A stretch of DNA of 64,000 nucleotides from Macrostomum lignano (lineage: Eukaryota), in NCBI GenBank assembly GCA_002269645.1, contig NIVC01000507.1, positions 1 through 64,000 on the forward strand. Direction: 5' to 3'. The position numbers and the translations under genes were made by a program. The notes under the pieces are model-generated. The model did not search any database, was not told where the DNA came from, and saw only the letters and a program-made list of their open reading frames with translations. This document shows positions 1-12,491 of this stretch, piece after piece (the first letter of the stretch is position 1; each line of letters opens with the position of its first letter).

Positions 1-69
1 ATGCCCGAAAAAATAGCAATGATGTTTAGGTGAAAAGAGATCCCTTAATCAATTTTCAATTTTATAGAG

Positions 70-130
70 GAACAATTAGCAAATCGAAACGTCTCATATA
101 GTGGCCGTGCGTTTGAAAAATACTACATTG
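70..130 (+). CDS. Putative upstream coding exon of the YR gene (EQLANRNVSYSGRAFEKYYI-G)
   Basis: Polypyrimidine tract + AG (tttatag/ag, 61-69), open frame, strong phase-1 donor ATTG|gtaaga at 130/131, phase-compatible with the phase-1 acceptors downstream. Start of the gene not resolved; may lie outside the window. Confidence 0.35.
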
Positions 131-449
131 GTAAGAAAAAACATAATACTCTAAATCTTAAATGTACCTCCGTAAAAGCCTTGAAATTCCCTTGAAAGCG
201 AAAACTAAAACTTTGTAGAGATGGAAGAAAAGCAATTTCGCAGCATCTTCAAGCTTAAAAAACATCGATCCAATGCAGGTACTTTGACTGCAGAAACTGT
301 ATTTCACATAGAAAGCACATATTAACTATATTATTTACACATCAAACGTAGAAAAGAAAAGCACAAAAAAAACATTTTTAGTGGCAACGGTCGGACAGAA
401 AACAACACATTGCACTGGTATACAAGCAAAGCTCAAATGTGGAGCAATC

Positions 450-3400
450 ATTGGGACAACATTGTGCGGATGTGATGTTTGAGGCATTTATTGGGACGCA
501 CTTAATGGGACATGGAGTCTGTTATTTTTAACGCGGCTCTGGCTGTGACTAGAAAATGGTTCTTGTAGTTGAGCCAGCAAAGCATAGCTCTCTCTAAATA
601 AACAAAACAGAATAGTAGCTTTCTAAGTAGCTCGAGTTTGAGTTTGGGAATCTGTGAAACTTTGCTCAGCCAATGATTACGTTCATGAAGTGTGTCTACA
701 CTACACAACTCCTTTCACACAGCTTCTGAAGTCGAGAGTTCCGCTGACGCGTCGCGGATTGAGCCCAACTTGAATGCGGTCTCCGCAAGCAGACGCCACT
801 GGTTCAAGCCTTGTCGCTGAACTAGCTAGTGCCATTCGCCTGCTCAACAGCAGCCTCCAGCCGGCTTCAGCCAGACAGTTAGTCAGCTCCCAAGTGGTGC
901 TACAGAAAGTCATTCAAGCGAAAGTGCAAATGCTAAGAGGAAACGGCGATCTGCTCAAGGTGAGCACTGCATGAGCATTGCTTTGTCTGCATGAAGGTAC
1001 ATGTACTTTAAGCGGGAGTGTTTGGGAGCCTTGGCAAATAAGGCAATGGATATTTTGGGCGGGCATCGGCAGGACAGAAAAACACATACACTTGGGCACT
1101 TATTGGGACAACATTGTGCGGATGTGATGTTTGAGGCATTTATTGGGACGCACTTAATGGGACATGGAGTCTGTTATTTTTAACGCGGCTCTGGCTGTGA
1201 CTAGAAAATGGTTCTTGTAGTTGAGCCAGCAAAGCATAGCTCTCTCTAAATAAACAAAACAGAATAGTAGCTTTCTAAGTAGCTCGAGTTTGAGTTTGGG
1301 AATCTGTGAAACTTTGCTCAGCCAATGATTACGTTCATGAAGTGTGTCTACACTACACAACTCCTTTCACACAGCTTCTGAAGTCGAGAGTTCCGCTGAC
1401 GCGTCGCGGATTGAGCCCAACTTGAATGCGGTCTCCGCAAGCACAGACGCCACTGGTTCAAGCCTTGTCGCTGAACTAGCTAGTGCCATTCCGCCTGCTC
1501 AACAGCAGCCTCCAGCCGGCTTCAGCCAGACAGTTAGTCAGCTCCCAAGTGGTGCTACAGAAAGTCATTCAAGCGAAAGTGCAAATGCTAAGAGGAAACG
1601 GCGATCTGCTCAAGGTGAGCACTGCATGAGCATTGCTTTGTCTGCATGAAGGTACATGTACTTTAAGCGGGAGTGTTTGGGAGCCTTGGCAAATAAGGCA
1701 ATGGATATTTTGGGCGGGCATCGGCAGGACAGAAAAACACATACACTTGGGCACTTATTGGGACAACATTGTGCGGATGTGATGTTTGAGGCATTTATTG
1801 GGACGCACTTAATGGGACATGGAGTCTGTTATTTTTAACGCGGCTCTGGCTGTGACTAGAAAATGGTTCTTGTAGTTGAGCCAGCAAAGCATAGCTCTCT
1901 CTAAATAAACAAAACAGAATAGTAGCTTTCTAAGTAGCTCGAGTTTGAGTTTGGGAATCTGTGAAACTTTGCTCAGCCAATGATTACGTTCATGAAGTGT
2001 GTCTACACTACACAACTCCTTTGACACAGCTTCTGAAGTCGAGAGTTCCGCTGACGCGTCGCGGATTGAGCCCAACTTGAATGCGGTCTCCGCAAGCACA
2101 GACGCCACTGGTTCAAGCCTTGTCGCTGAACTAGCTAGTGCCATTCCGCCTGCTCAACAGCAGCCTCCAGCCGGCTTCAGCCAGACAGTTAGTCAGCTCC
2201 CAAGTGGTGCTACAGAAAGTCATTCAAGCGAAAGTGCAAATGCTAAGAGGAAACGGCGATCTGCTCAAGGTGAGCACTGCATGAGCATTGCTTTGTCTGC
2301 ATGAAGGTACATGTACTTTAAGCGGGAGTGTTTGGGAGCCTTGGCAAATAAGGCAATGGATATTTTGGGCGGGCATCGGCAGGACAGAAAAACACATACA
2401 CTTGGGCACTTATTGGGACAACATTGTGCGGATGTGATGTTTGAGGCATTTATTGGGACGCACTTAATGGGACATGGAGTCTGTTATTTTTAACGCGGCT
2501 CTGGCTGTGACTAGAAAATGGTTCTTGTAGTTGAGCCAGCAAAGCATAGCTCTCTCTAAATAAACAAAACAGAATAGTAGCTTTCTAAGTAGCTCGAGTT
2601 TGAGTTTGGGAATCTGTGAAACTTTGCTCAGCCAATGATTACGTTCATGAAGTGTGTCTACACTACACAACTCCTTTGACACAGCTTCTGAAGTCGAGAG
2701 TTCCGCTGACGCGTCGCGGATTGAGCCCAACTTGAATGCGGTCTCCGCAAGCACAGACGCCACTGGTTCAAGCCTTGTCGCTGAACTAGCTAGTGCCATT
2801 CCGCCTGCTCAACAGCAGCCTCCAGCCGGCTTCAGCCAGACAGTTAGTCAGCTCCCAAGTGGTGCTACAGAAAGTCATTCAAGCGAAAGTGCAAATGCTA
2901 AGAGGAAACGGCGATCTGCTCAAGGTGAGCACTGCATGAGCATTGCTTTGTCTGCATGAAGGTACATGTACTTTAAGCGGGAGTGTTTGGGAGCCTTGGC
3001 AAATAAGGCAATGGATATTTTGGGCGGGCATCGGCAGGACAGAAAAACACATACACTTGGGCACTTATTGGGACAACATTGTGCGGATGTGATGTTTGAG
3101 GCATTTATTGGGACGCACTTAATGGGACATGGAGTCTGTTATTTTTAACGCGGCTCTGGCTGTGACTAGAAAATGGTTCTTGTAGTTGAGCCAGCAAAGC
3201 ATAGCTCTCTCTAAATAAACAAAACAGAATAGTAGCTTTCTAAGTAGCTCGAGTTTGAGTTTGGGAATCTGTGAAACTTTGCTCAGCCAATGATTACGTT
3301 CATGAAGTGTGTCTACACTACACAACTCCTTTCACACAGCTTCTGAAGTCGAGAGTTCCGCTGACGCGTCGCGGATTGAGCCCAACTTGAATGCGGTCTC

Positions 3401-6400
3401 CGCAAGCACAGACGCCACTGGTTCAAGCCTTGTCGCTGAACTAGCTAGTGCCATTCCGCCTGCTCAACAGCAGCCTCCAGCCGGCTTCAGCCAGACAGTT
3501 AGTCAGCTCCCAAGTGGTGCTACAGAAAGTCATTCAAGCGAAAGTGCAAATGCTAAGAGGAAACGGCGATCTGCTCAAGGTGAGCACTGCATGAGCATTG
3601 CTTTGTCTGCATGAAGGTACATGTACTTTAAGCGGGAGTGTTTGGGAGCCTTGGCAAATAAGGCAATGGATATTTTGGGCGGGCATCGGCAGGACAGAAA
3701 AACACATACACTTGGGCACTTATTGGGACAACATTGTGCGGATGTGATGTTTGAGGCATTTATTGGGACGCACTTAATGGGACATGGAGTCTGTTATTTT
3801 TAACGCGGCTCTGGCTGTGACTAGAAAATGGTTCTTGTAGTTGAGCCAGCAAAGCATAGCTCTCTCTAAATAAACAAAACAGAATAGTAGCTTTCTAAGT
3901 AGCTCGAGTTTGAGTTTGGGAATCTGTGAAACTTTGCTCAGCCAATGATTACGTTCATGAAGTGTGTCTACACTACACAACTCCTTTGACACAGCTTCTG
4001 AAGTCGAGAGTTCCGCTGACGCGTCGCGGATTGAGCCCAACTTGAATGCGGTCTCCGCAAGCACAGACGCCACTGGTTCAAGCCTTGTCGCTGAACTAGC
4101 TAGTGCCATTCCGCCTGCTCAACAGCAGCCTCCAGCCGGCTTCAGCCAGACAGTTAGTCAGCTCCCAAGTGGTGCTACAGAAAGTCATTCAAGCGAAAGT
4201 GCAAATGCTAAGAGGAAACGGCGATCTGCTCAAGGTGAGCACTGCATGAGCATTGCTTTGTCTGCATGAAGGTACATGTACTTTAAGCGGGAGTGTTTGG
4301 GAGCCTTGGCAAATAAGGCAATGGATATTTTGGGCGGGCATCGGCAGGACAGAAAAACACATACACTTGGGCACTTATTGGGACAACATTGTGCGGATGT
4401 GATGTTTGAGGCATTTATTGGGACGCACTTAATGGGACATGGAGTCTGTTATTTTTAACGCGGCTCTGGCTGTGACTAGAAAATGGTTCTTGTAGTTGAG
4501 CCAGCAAAGCATAGCTCTCTCTAAATAAACAAAACAGAATAGTAGCTTTCTAAGTAGCTCGAGTTTGAGTTTGGGAATCTGTGAAACTTTGCTCAGCCAA
4601 TGATTACGTTCATGAAGTGTGTCTACACTACACAACTCCTTTGACACAGCTTCTGAAGTCGAGAGTTCCGCTGACGCGTCGCGGATTGAGCCCAACTTGA
4701 ATGCGGTCTCCGCAAGCACAGACGCCACTGGTTCAAGCCTTGTCGCTGAACTAGCTAGTGCCATTCCGCCTGCTCAACAGCAGCCTCCAGCCGGCTTCAG
4801 CCAGACAGTTAGTCAGCTCCCAAGTGGTGCTACAGAAAGTCATTCAAGCGAAAGTGCAAATGCTAAGAGGAAACGGCGATCTGCTCAAGGTGAGCACTGC
4901 ATGAGCATTGCTTTGTCTGCATGAAGGTACATGTACTTTAAGCGGGAGTGTTTGGGAGCCTTGGCAAATAAGGCAATGGATATTTTGGGCGGGCATCGGC
5001 AGGACAGAAAAACACATACACTTGGGCACTTATTGGGACAACATTGTGCGGATGTGATGTTTGAGGCATTTATTGGGACGCACTTAATGGGACATGGAGT
5101 CTGTTATTTTTAACGCGGCTCTGGCTGTGACTAGAAAATGGTTCTTGTAGTTGAGCCAGCAAAGCATAGCTCTCTCTAAATAAACAAAACAGAATAGTAG
5201 CTTTCTAAGTAGCTCGAGTTTGAGTTTGGGAATCTGTGAAACTTTGCTCAGCCAATGATTACGTTCATGAAGTGTGTCTACACTACACAACTCCTTTGAC
5301 ACACAGCTTCTGAAGTCGAGAGTTCCGCTGACGCGTCGCGGATTGAGCCCAACTTGAATGCGGTCTCCGCAAGCACAGACGCCACTGGTTCAAGCCTTGT
5401 CGCTGAACTAGCTAGTGCCATTCCGCCTGCTCAACAGCAGCCTCCAGCCGGCTTCAGCCAGACAGTTAGTCAGCTCCCAAGTGGTGCTACAGAAAGTCAT
5501 TCAAGCGAAAGTGCAAATGCTAAGAGGAAACGGCGATCTGCTCAAGGTGAGCACTGCATGAGCATTGCTTTGTCTGCATGAAGGTACATGTACTTTAAGC
5601 GGGAGTGTTTGGGAGCCTTGGCAAATAAGGCAATGGATATTTTGGGCGGGCATCGGCAGGACAGAAAAACACATACACTTGGGCACTTATTGGGACAACA
5701 TTGTGCGGATGTGATGTTTGAGGCATTTATTGGGACGCACTTAATGGGACATGGAGTCTGTTATTTTTAACGCGGCTCTGGCTGTGACTAGAAAATGGTT
5801 CTTGTAGTTGAGCCAGCAAAGCATAGCTCTCTCTAAATAAACAAAACAGAATAGTAGCTTTCTAAGTAGCTCGAGTTTGAGTTTGGGAATCTGTGAAACT
5901 TTGCTCAGCCAATGATTACGTTCATGAAGTGTGTCTACACTACACAACTCCTTTGACACAGCTTCTGAAGTCGAGAGTTCCGCTGACGCGTCGCGGATTG
6001 AGCCCAACTTGAATGCGGTCTCCGCAAGCACAGACGCCACTGGTTCAAGCCTTGTCGCTGAACTAGCTAGTGCCATTCCGCCTGCTCAACAGCAGCCTCC
6101 AGCCGGCTTCAGCCAGACAGTTAGTCAGCTCCCAAGTGGTGCTACAGAAAGTCATTCAAGCGAAAGTGCAAATGCTAAGAGGAAACGGCGATCTGCTCAA
6201 GGTGAGCACTGCATGAGCATTGCTTTGTCTGCATGAAGGTACATGTACTTTAAGCGGGAGTGTTTGGGAGCCTTGGCAAATAAGGCAATGGATATTTTGG
6301 GCGGGCATCGGCAGGACAGAAAAACACATACACTTGGGCACTTATTGGGACAACATTGTGCGGATGTGATGTTTGAGGCATTTATTGGGACGCACTTAAT

Positions 6401-9400
6401 GGGACATGGAGTCTGTTATTTTTAACGCGGCTCTGGCTGTGACTAGAAAATGGTTCTTGTAGTTGAGCCAGCAAAGCATAGCTCTCTCTAAATAAACAAA
6501 ACAGAATAGTAGCTTTCTAAGTAGCTCGAGTTTGAGTTTGGGAATCTGTGAAACTTTGCTCAGCCAATGATTACGTTCATGAAGTGTGTCTACACTACAC
6601 AACTCCTTTCACAGCTTCTGAAGTCGAGAGTTCCGCTGACGCGTCGCGGATTGAGCCCAACTTGAATGCGGTCTCCGCAAGCACAGACGCCACTGGTTCA
6701 AGCCTTGTCGCTGAACTAGCTAGTGCCATTCCGCCTGCTCAACAGCAGCCTCCAGCCGGCTTCAGCCAGACAGTTAGTCAGCTCCCAAGTGGTGCTACAG
6801 AAAGTCATTCAAGCGAAAGTGCAAATGCTAAGAGGAAACGGCGATCTGCTCAAGGTGAGCACTGCATGAGCATTGCTTTGTCTGCATGAAGGTACATGTA
6901 CTTTAAGCGGGAGTGTTTGGGAGCCTTGGCAAATAAGGCAATGGATATTTTGGGCGGGCATCGGCAGGACAGAAAAACACATACACTTGGGCACTTATTG
7001 GGACAACATTGTGCGGATGTGATGTTTGAGGCATTTATTGGGACGCACTTAATGGGACATGGAGTCTGTTATTTTTAACGCGGCTCTGGCTGTGACTAGA
7101 AAATGGTTCTTGTAGTTGAGCCAGCAAAGCATAGCTCTCTCTAAATAAACAAAACAGAATAGTAGCTTTCTAAGTAGCTCGAGTTTGAGTTTGGGAATCT
7201 GTGAAACTTTGCTCAGCCAATGATTACGTTCATGAAGTGTGTCTACACTACACAACTCCTTTGACACAGCTTCTGAAGTCGAGAGTTCCGCTGACGCGTC
7301 GCGGATTGAGCCCAACTTGAATGCGGTCTCCGCAAGCACAGACGCCACTGGTTCAAGCCTTGTCGCTGAACTAGCTAGTGCCATTCCGCCTGCTCAACAG
7401 CAGCCTCCAGCCGGCTTCAGCCAGACAGTTAGTCAGCTCCCAAGTGGTGCTACAGAAAGTCATTCAAGCGAAAGTGCAAATGCTAAGAGGAAACGGCGAT
7501 CTGCTCAAGGTGAGCACTGCATGAGCATTGCTTTGTCTGCATGAAGGTACATGTACTTTAAGCGGGAGTGTTTGGGAGCCTTGGCAAATAAGGCAATGGA
7601 TATTTTGGGCGGGCATCGGCAGGACAGAAAAACACATACACTTGGGCACTTATTGGGACAACATTGTGCGGATGTGATGTTTGAGGCATTTATTGGGACG
7701 CACTTAATGGGACATGGAGTCTGTTATTTTTAACGCGGCTCTGGCTGTGACTAGAAAATGGTTCTTGTAGTTGAGCCAGCAAAGCATAGCTCTCTCTAAA
7801 TAAACAAAACAGAATAGTAGCTTTCTAAGTAGCTCGAGTTTGAGTTTGGGAATCTGTGAAACTTTGCTCAGCCAATGATTACGTTCATGAAGTGTGTCTA
7901 CACTACACAACTCCTTTGACACAGCTTCTGAAGTCGAGAGTTCCGCTGACGCGTCGCGGATTGAGCCCAACTTGAATGCGGTCTCCGCAAGCACAGACGC
8001 CACTGGTTCAAGCCTTGTCGCTGAACTAGCTAGTGCCATTCCGCCTGCTCAACAGCAGCCTCCAGCCGGCTTCAGCCAGACAGTTAGTCAGCTCCCAAGT
8101 GGTGCTACAGAAAGTCATTCAAGCGAAAGTGCAAATGCTAAGAGGAAACGGCGATCTGCTCAAGGTGAGCACTGCATGAGCATTGCTTTGTCTGCATGAA
8201 GGTACATGTACTTTAAGCGGGAGTGTTTGGGAGCCTTGGCAAATAAGGCAATGGATATTTTGGGCGGGCATCGGCAGGACAGAAAAACACATACACTTGG
8301 GCACTTATTGGGACAACATTGTGCGGATGTGATGTTTGAGGCATTTATTGGGACGCACTTAATGGGACATGGAGTCTGTTATTTTTAACGCGGCTCTGGC
8401 TGTGACTAGAAAATGGTTCTTGTAGTTGAGCCAGCAAAGCATAGCTCTCTCTAAATAAACAAAACAGAATAGTAGCTTTCTAAGTAGCTCGAGTTTGAGT
8501 TTGGGAATCTGTGAAACTTTGCTCAGCCAATGATTACGTTCATGAAGTGTGTCTACACTACACAACTCCTTTGACACAGCTTCTGAAGTCGAGAGTTCCG
8601 CTGACGCGTCGCGGATTGAGCCCAACTTGAATGCGGTCTCCGCAAGCACAGACGCCACTGGTTCAAGCCTTGTCGCTGAACTAGCTAGTGCCATTCCGCC
8701 TGCTCAACAGCAGCCTCCAGCCGGCTTCAGCCAGACAGTTAGTCAGCTCCCAAGTGGTGCTACAGAAAGTCATTCAAGCGAAAGTGCAAATGCTAAGAGG
8801 AAACGGCGATCTGCTCAAGGTGAGCACTGCATGAGCATTGCTTTGTCTGCATGAAGGTACATGTACTTTAAGCGGGAGTGTTTGGGAGCCTTGGCAAATA
8901 AGGCAATGGATATTTTGGGCGGGCATCGGCAGGACAGAAAAACACATACACTTGGGCACTTATTGGGACAACATTGTGCGGATGTGATGTTTGAGGCATT
9001 TATTGGGACGCACTTAATGGGACATGGAGTCTGTTATTTTTAACGCGGCTCTGGCTGTGACTAGAAAATGGTTCTTGAGTTGAGCCAGCAAAGCATAGCT
9101 CTCTCTAAATAAACAAAACAGAATAGTAGCTTTCTAAGTAGCTCGAGTTTGAGTTTGGGAATCTGTGAAACTTTGCTCAGCCAATGATTACGTTCATGAA
9201 GTGTGTCTACACTACACAACTCCTTTGACACAGCTTCTGAAGTCGAGAGTTCCGCTGACGCGTCGCGGATTGAGCCCAACTTGAATGCGGTCTCCGCAAG
9301 CACAGACGCCACTGGTTCAAGCCTTGTCGCTGAACTAGCTAGTGCCATTCAGCCTGCTCAACAGCAGCCTCCAGCCGGCTTCAGCCAGACAGTTAATCAG
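450..9400. repeat. Tandem array of ~655-bp units, ~13.7 copies, near-identical
   Basis: Identical ORFs recur at 1001, 1656, 2311, 2966, 3621, 4276, 4931, 5588, 6243, 6896, 7551, 8206, 8861 (spacing 655, once 657, once 653). Homology starts at attgggacaacattgtgcgg (~450) and ends inside the YR ORF (~9400). Units differ by rare indels and one C/G SNP (ctcctttCac vs ctcctttGac). Confidence 0.98.
723..8819 (+). other. Array of 13 putative 240-nt symmetric cassette exons (80 aa, S/A/Q-rich, ending KRKRRSAQ), one per 655-bp unit
   Basis: Each unit has acceptor ctcctttgacacag|CTTCTG and donor CTGCTCAAG|gtgagc: exons 1375-1614, 2030-2269, 2685-2924, 3340-3579, 3995-4234, 4650-4889, 5307-5546, 5962-6201, 6615-6854, 7270-7509, 7925-8164, 8580-8819 (240 nt, phase 1-1, no stop). 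Unit 1 (723-959) has -2 and -1 deletions that give an in-frame TGA. The same acceptor opens the large YR exon at 9234. Splicing is not demonstrated. Confidence 0.6.
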
Positions 9401-12400
9401 CCCCAAGGTTGTCGCGAAATCGATCAGTTCCTTTGTGCACCTGTGGCGTATTGTTCTGAAGATGCAAACTTTGCGATTTTAAAACCGGTCTCGAATCCGA
9501 AGTCGTGCTGTGAGCCACATTTTGGGGCTCTGGCTTTTGCTGCTGATGATAGTGATCCATATCATCTGGAAAGCAATACTGGAACCGATTGTTCAGCTGG
9601 AGCTGTAGTGGGTTGCTCAAATTACGAGAATTTGGCCGCCGACAATTCGAATTTTTATCCTCAGATGAATGCCTTGTCTGTGGTTCAAGATTTTTCTGCG
9701 CATTCGATGCCGTCCCAACTCGTTGATTTTGTAACTGCGAAAGCTGAAGATGGTGATCAAGTGACCTTTTCGGCTAATGTCAATGTTAGTTCCGCGCGGA
9801 TTGAAGAAGAAAGTGTCTCAGTTACTCTACCTGTTTCCTTGAAGCCTGAGGATGACGCAGGATGCAGTGTTGTTTTGCAGAAGCTTGTCAGTTCGACGAC
9901 AAAGCTTCATTACTGCAAATATTGTGGCAAAATGTTGACGAAAATCTCTCGGCACTACAAAACCGCTCATAAAGCAGAGTCTGACGTTAAGCGCTTGCAG
10001 CAGATCCGCCGTAAGTCCATTCGTAGAAAGGCATTTAAGGCCCTTGAAAGCGAAGGCGATTATATTCACAATAAAATGGTTTTGGCAAAACGAGAAGGTG
10101 AATTAATAATTGCAAGGAGACAAAAGGACGATGAAAATTCTCCTGGGAGTTTTCTTCCCTGTCATCGATGCTTTCAATTCATAAAGAAGGATCTTCTCTA
10201 CCGCCACAGAAATGCATGCTCCGGTAGCCTATCTGAAATTATTAAGGAAGACGAGAATGACTCCGATGAAGACACTGAGAACTCTTCGCCCTCCGAGTCA
10301 GAGAGTGCAGAAGCGCGCCTAAAAAATCCTACGAACAATCACTACGTGCAGCTGTCTCGAATTCTGCTAAAAAATCCAGAGCCTGCTTCAAAACTTCTGG
10401 AACCAGATTCGGAACTCTTTAAGACAGTTCTCTCAAGACTCATTTGTGATGATCTGTTTGATACAATCTGCAAAGATGAGCTCTTACTTCGTTTAGGTGA
10501 TCGTTATTTGTCTAAGCAAAAAAAGGTGAACCGGCAGCACGTGTCTAGTAAAATCAGGGATGCAGCTCGTGTTTTTATTCAGCTACAGCAGTTGCATGGT
10601 GATTATAGCTTAAGACACTTTCTGCAACCACAGTATTTTGATGATTGGATCGAAGTTATCCGAAAGTTATCGAATGAGGCCCCAACATTCGCACTACGCA
10701 TGGGTCATTCAATACCGCATCTGTGCAATATCCTAATCGGTGAAGCGATTAGGACTTCTAATGATGGCCTTAAAAAGTCCGCATCTGACTTTCTTGAGCT
10801 GAAAAATACTGAGTACCACCATCTCGTTACTGCGAAGAGCCTCAAGACAATAAGTGAAAGAGCAGCACTTGTGCAGGACTGTGTACCGCTGACGGACGAC
10901 ATAGTAAAACTTTCCACTTTTATGAAGTCGGCGATTGTCGATAAAATCGAAGAGCTCAAGACAGGAACATTGGATTCAAATGTTCCTTTGTTGTACCGTG
11001 AACTAGTCTACCTAATCATGACAAAACTAACTTTTTTCAACCGGCGCCGATCCAGTGAGATTTCTCAAATGGTAATGGCGATGTTAGATGCAGCTTCGGC
11101 ATCTCACACGCAGGATGACCTGCATCAGTATTTGACGCCACTCGAGAAGGAACTCGCCAGCAGGTTAAAGGTCATAAATATATCAGGCAAAAGAGGACGA
11201 TCTGTGCCTATCGTTATCGATCGAATTTGTTGGGATGGACTGATGTGCCTAAAAGACTGTCGCGAGGCTGCCGGTGTAAGCCGAAAGAACGTATTTGTGT
11301 TTGCGATTCCTGGCTATGAACAATCCGTCTACAGATGTCCTGTGGCAATCGACAAAGTAGTGAAAATGAGCTCACTCCAACTGCAACGAGCGGATCTCCT
11401 TCGCTCAAGATTTTTAAGGAAGCATTGTGCGACTGTTTCGCAACTTCTTGACTTAAAAGACAATGAGCTAGATTGGCTAGCTCGCCATCTCGGCCATGAT
11501 ATTACTGTCCACAGACAGTTCTACAGATTACATCAAAATACTCTCGAGCTAGCAAAGGTTTCGAAGATTTTGGAGTTGATGGAGAGTGGGAACCTGAAGA
11601 AATTTAAAGGAAAGGGTCTGGAAGAAATAACATTAGAAGATTTATCAGAGCCGCCGTTGGATGACCATGATGAGACAGCAGAGTTATCGGCGGTGCCGGA
11701 CACTTCGGCCACAACAGCTGCTTCGACTTCGGCCACAACAGCTGCTTCGACTTCGGCCACAACAGTTGTTTCGACTTCGCCAACTTTCGCTTTGGGAACT
11801 GGTTCAGCCGCTACAACTAAAACAAGCGCAAAGAGACGCACAAAATCTGGTGAGTCAGTATATAGCTTAATTTGATTCATGCAGATACAAATATTTTTTA
11901 CTGCTCAAATAGATTGTTTATAAGAGGTTAGATATATTTTTCTGATCGCATTTTATCATATGTTAACGGTATATAATCGCATAGTGTCTAGCGAATCGTA
12001 TGCGATTAACTCAGTCAAAGTACATGCATTTACTGGAGTTGAAGAAAAAAGAAATCGCGTGAACATCGCATAGATACTCGTATAAGTTCATTTTGCCTGG
12101 GGCTTTTACTGTCCAAAAAAAACTTATGCAAATGCAAACATTTCTAAGCAGAGTGCACAATGCACATCTTAAAATTTCCAAATCATTTGGCCCTTTTAAT
12201 TGTATGCTAAGTTAATTATAAGAATTAAAACTTTTTGTGGACATGTTTTGCATACTTTCTGTGAACGTAAGCAGCAACCTCTTAGTCTATAAAATATGTG
12301 CTACCATTACAGCAAAGAAGCTGACCGACAGCCAAAAAAGCGACTTGCGCAAGGCATTTGCCAGCTTTCTAGCCAGCGGGGATCTTCCTGGCAAGCAAGT

Positions 12401-12491
12401 CATTTTAGAGCTTCGACCCGAATCTGTTGCTGCTGTTGACTGGCGCCAAATTAAAGACAATTTGCGCGTTGCGCTTTCAAAAAAGAAATAG
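9234..12491 (+). CDS. Tyrosine recombinase (phage-integrase fold) of Crypton-like animal YR elements; exons 9234-11849 and 12313-12491
   Basis: ORF 9203-11875 is uninterrupted. Zn-finger-like motifs CKYC...RHYKTAH and PCHRC...RHRNAC; YR catalytic layout FFNRRRSSE (Arg), SGKRGRSVP (Lys), LRSRFLRKHCAT (HxxR-equivalent Arg), LARHLGHDITVHRQFY (His, nucleophile Tyr). Phase-1 donor AAATCTG|gtgagt at 11849/50 matches phase-1 acceptor ccattacag|CA at 12312/13, adding AKKLTDSQ...LPGKQ...VDWRQIKDNLRVALSKKK*. Confidence 0.85.
11702..11780 (+). repeat. 24-bp coding repeat x3 (TSATTAAS) in YR C-terminal linker
   Basis: acttcggccacaacagctgcttcg repeated three times, third copy diverged. Confidence 0.9.

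Noticed and set aside
502-9348. Recurrent 60-111 aa ORFs (MYFKREC..., MPKCMCF..., MALASSA...) as separate genes
   Set aside because: By-products of the repeat unit; only the + frame continuous with the YR ORF has splice-site support.
450-9400. CRISPR, integron or shufflon interpretation of repeats next to an integrase
   Set aside because: Units are near-identical with no unique spacers or cassettes, no cas genes, and the context is eukaryotic and intron-rich.
9203-11875. YR as prophage or bacterial contamination, or as a DIRS retroelement
   Set aside because: Has phase-consistent spliceosomal introns; no phage genes and no RT/RNaseH/gag nearby.
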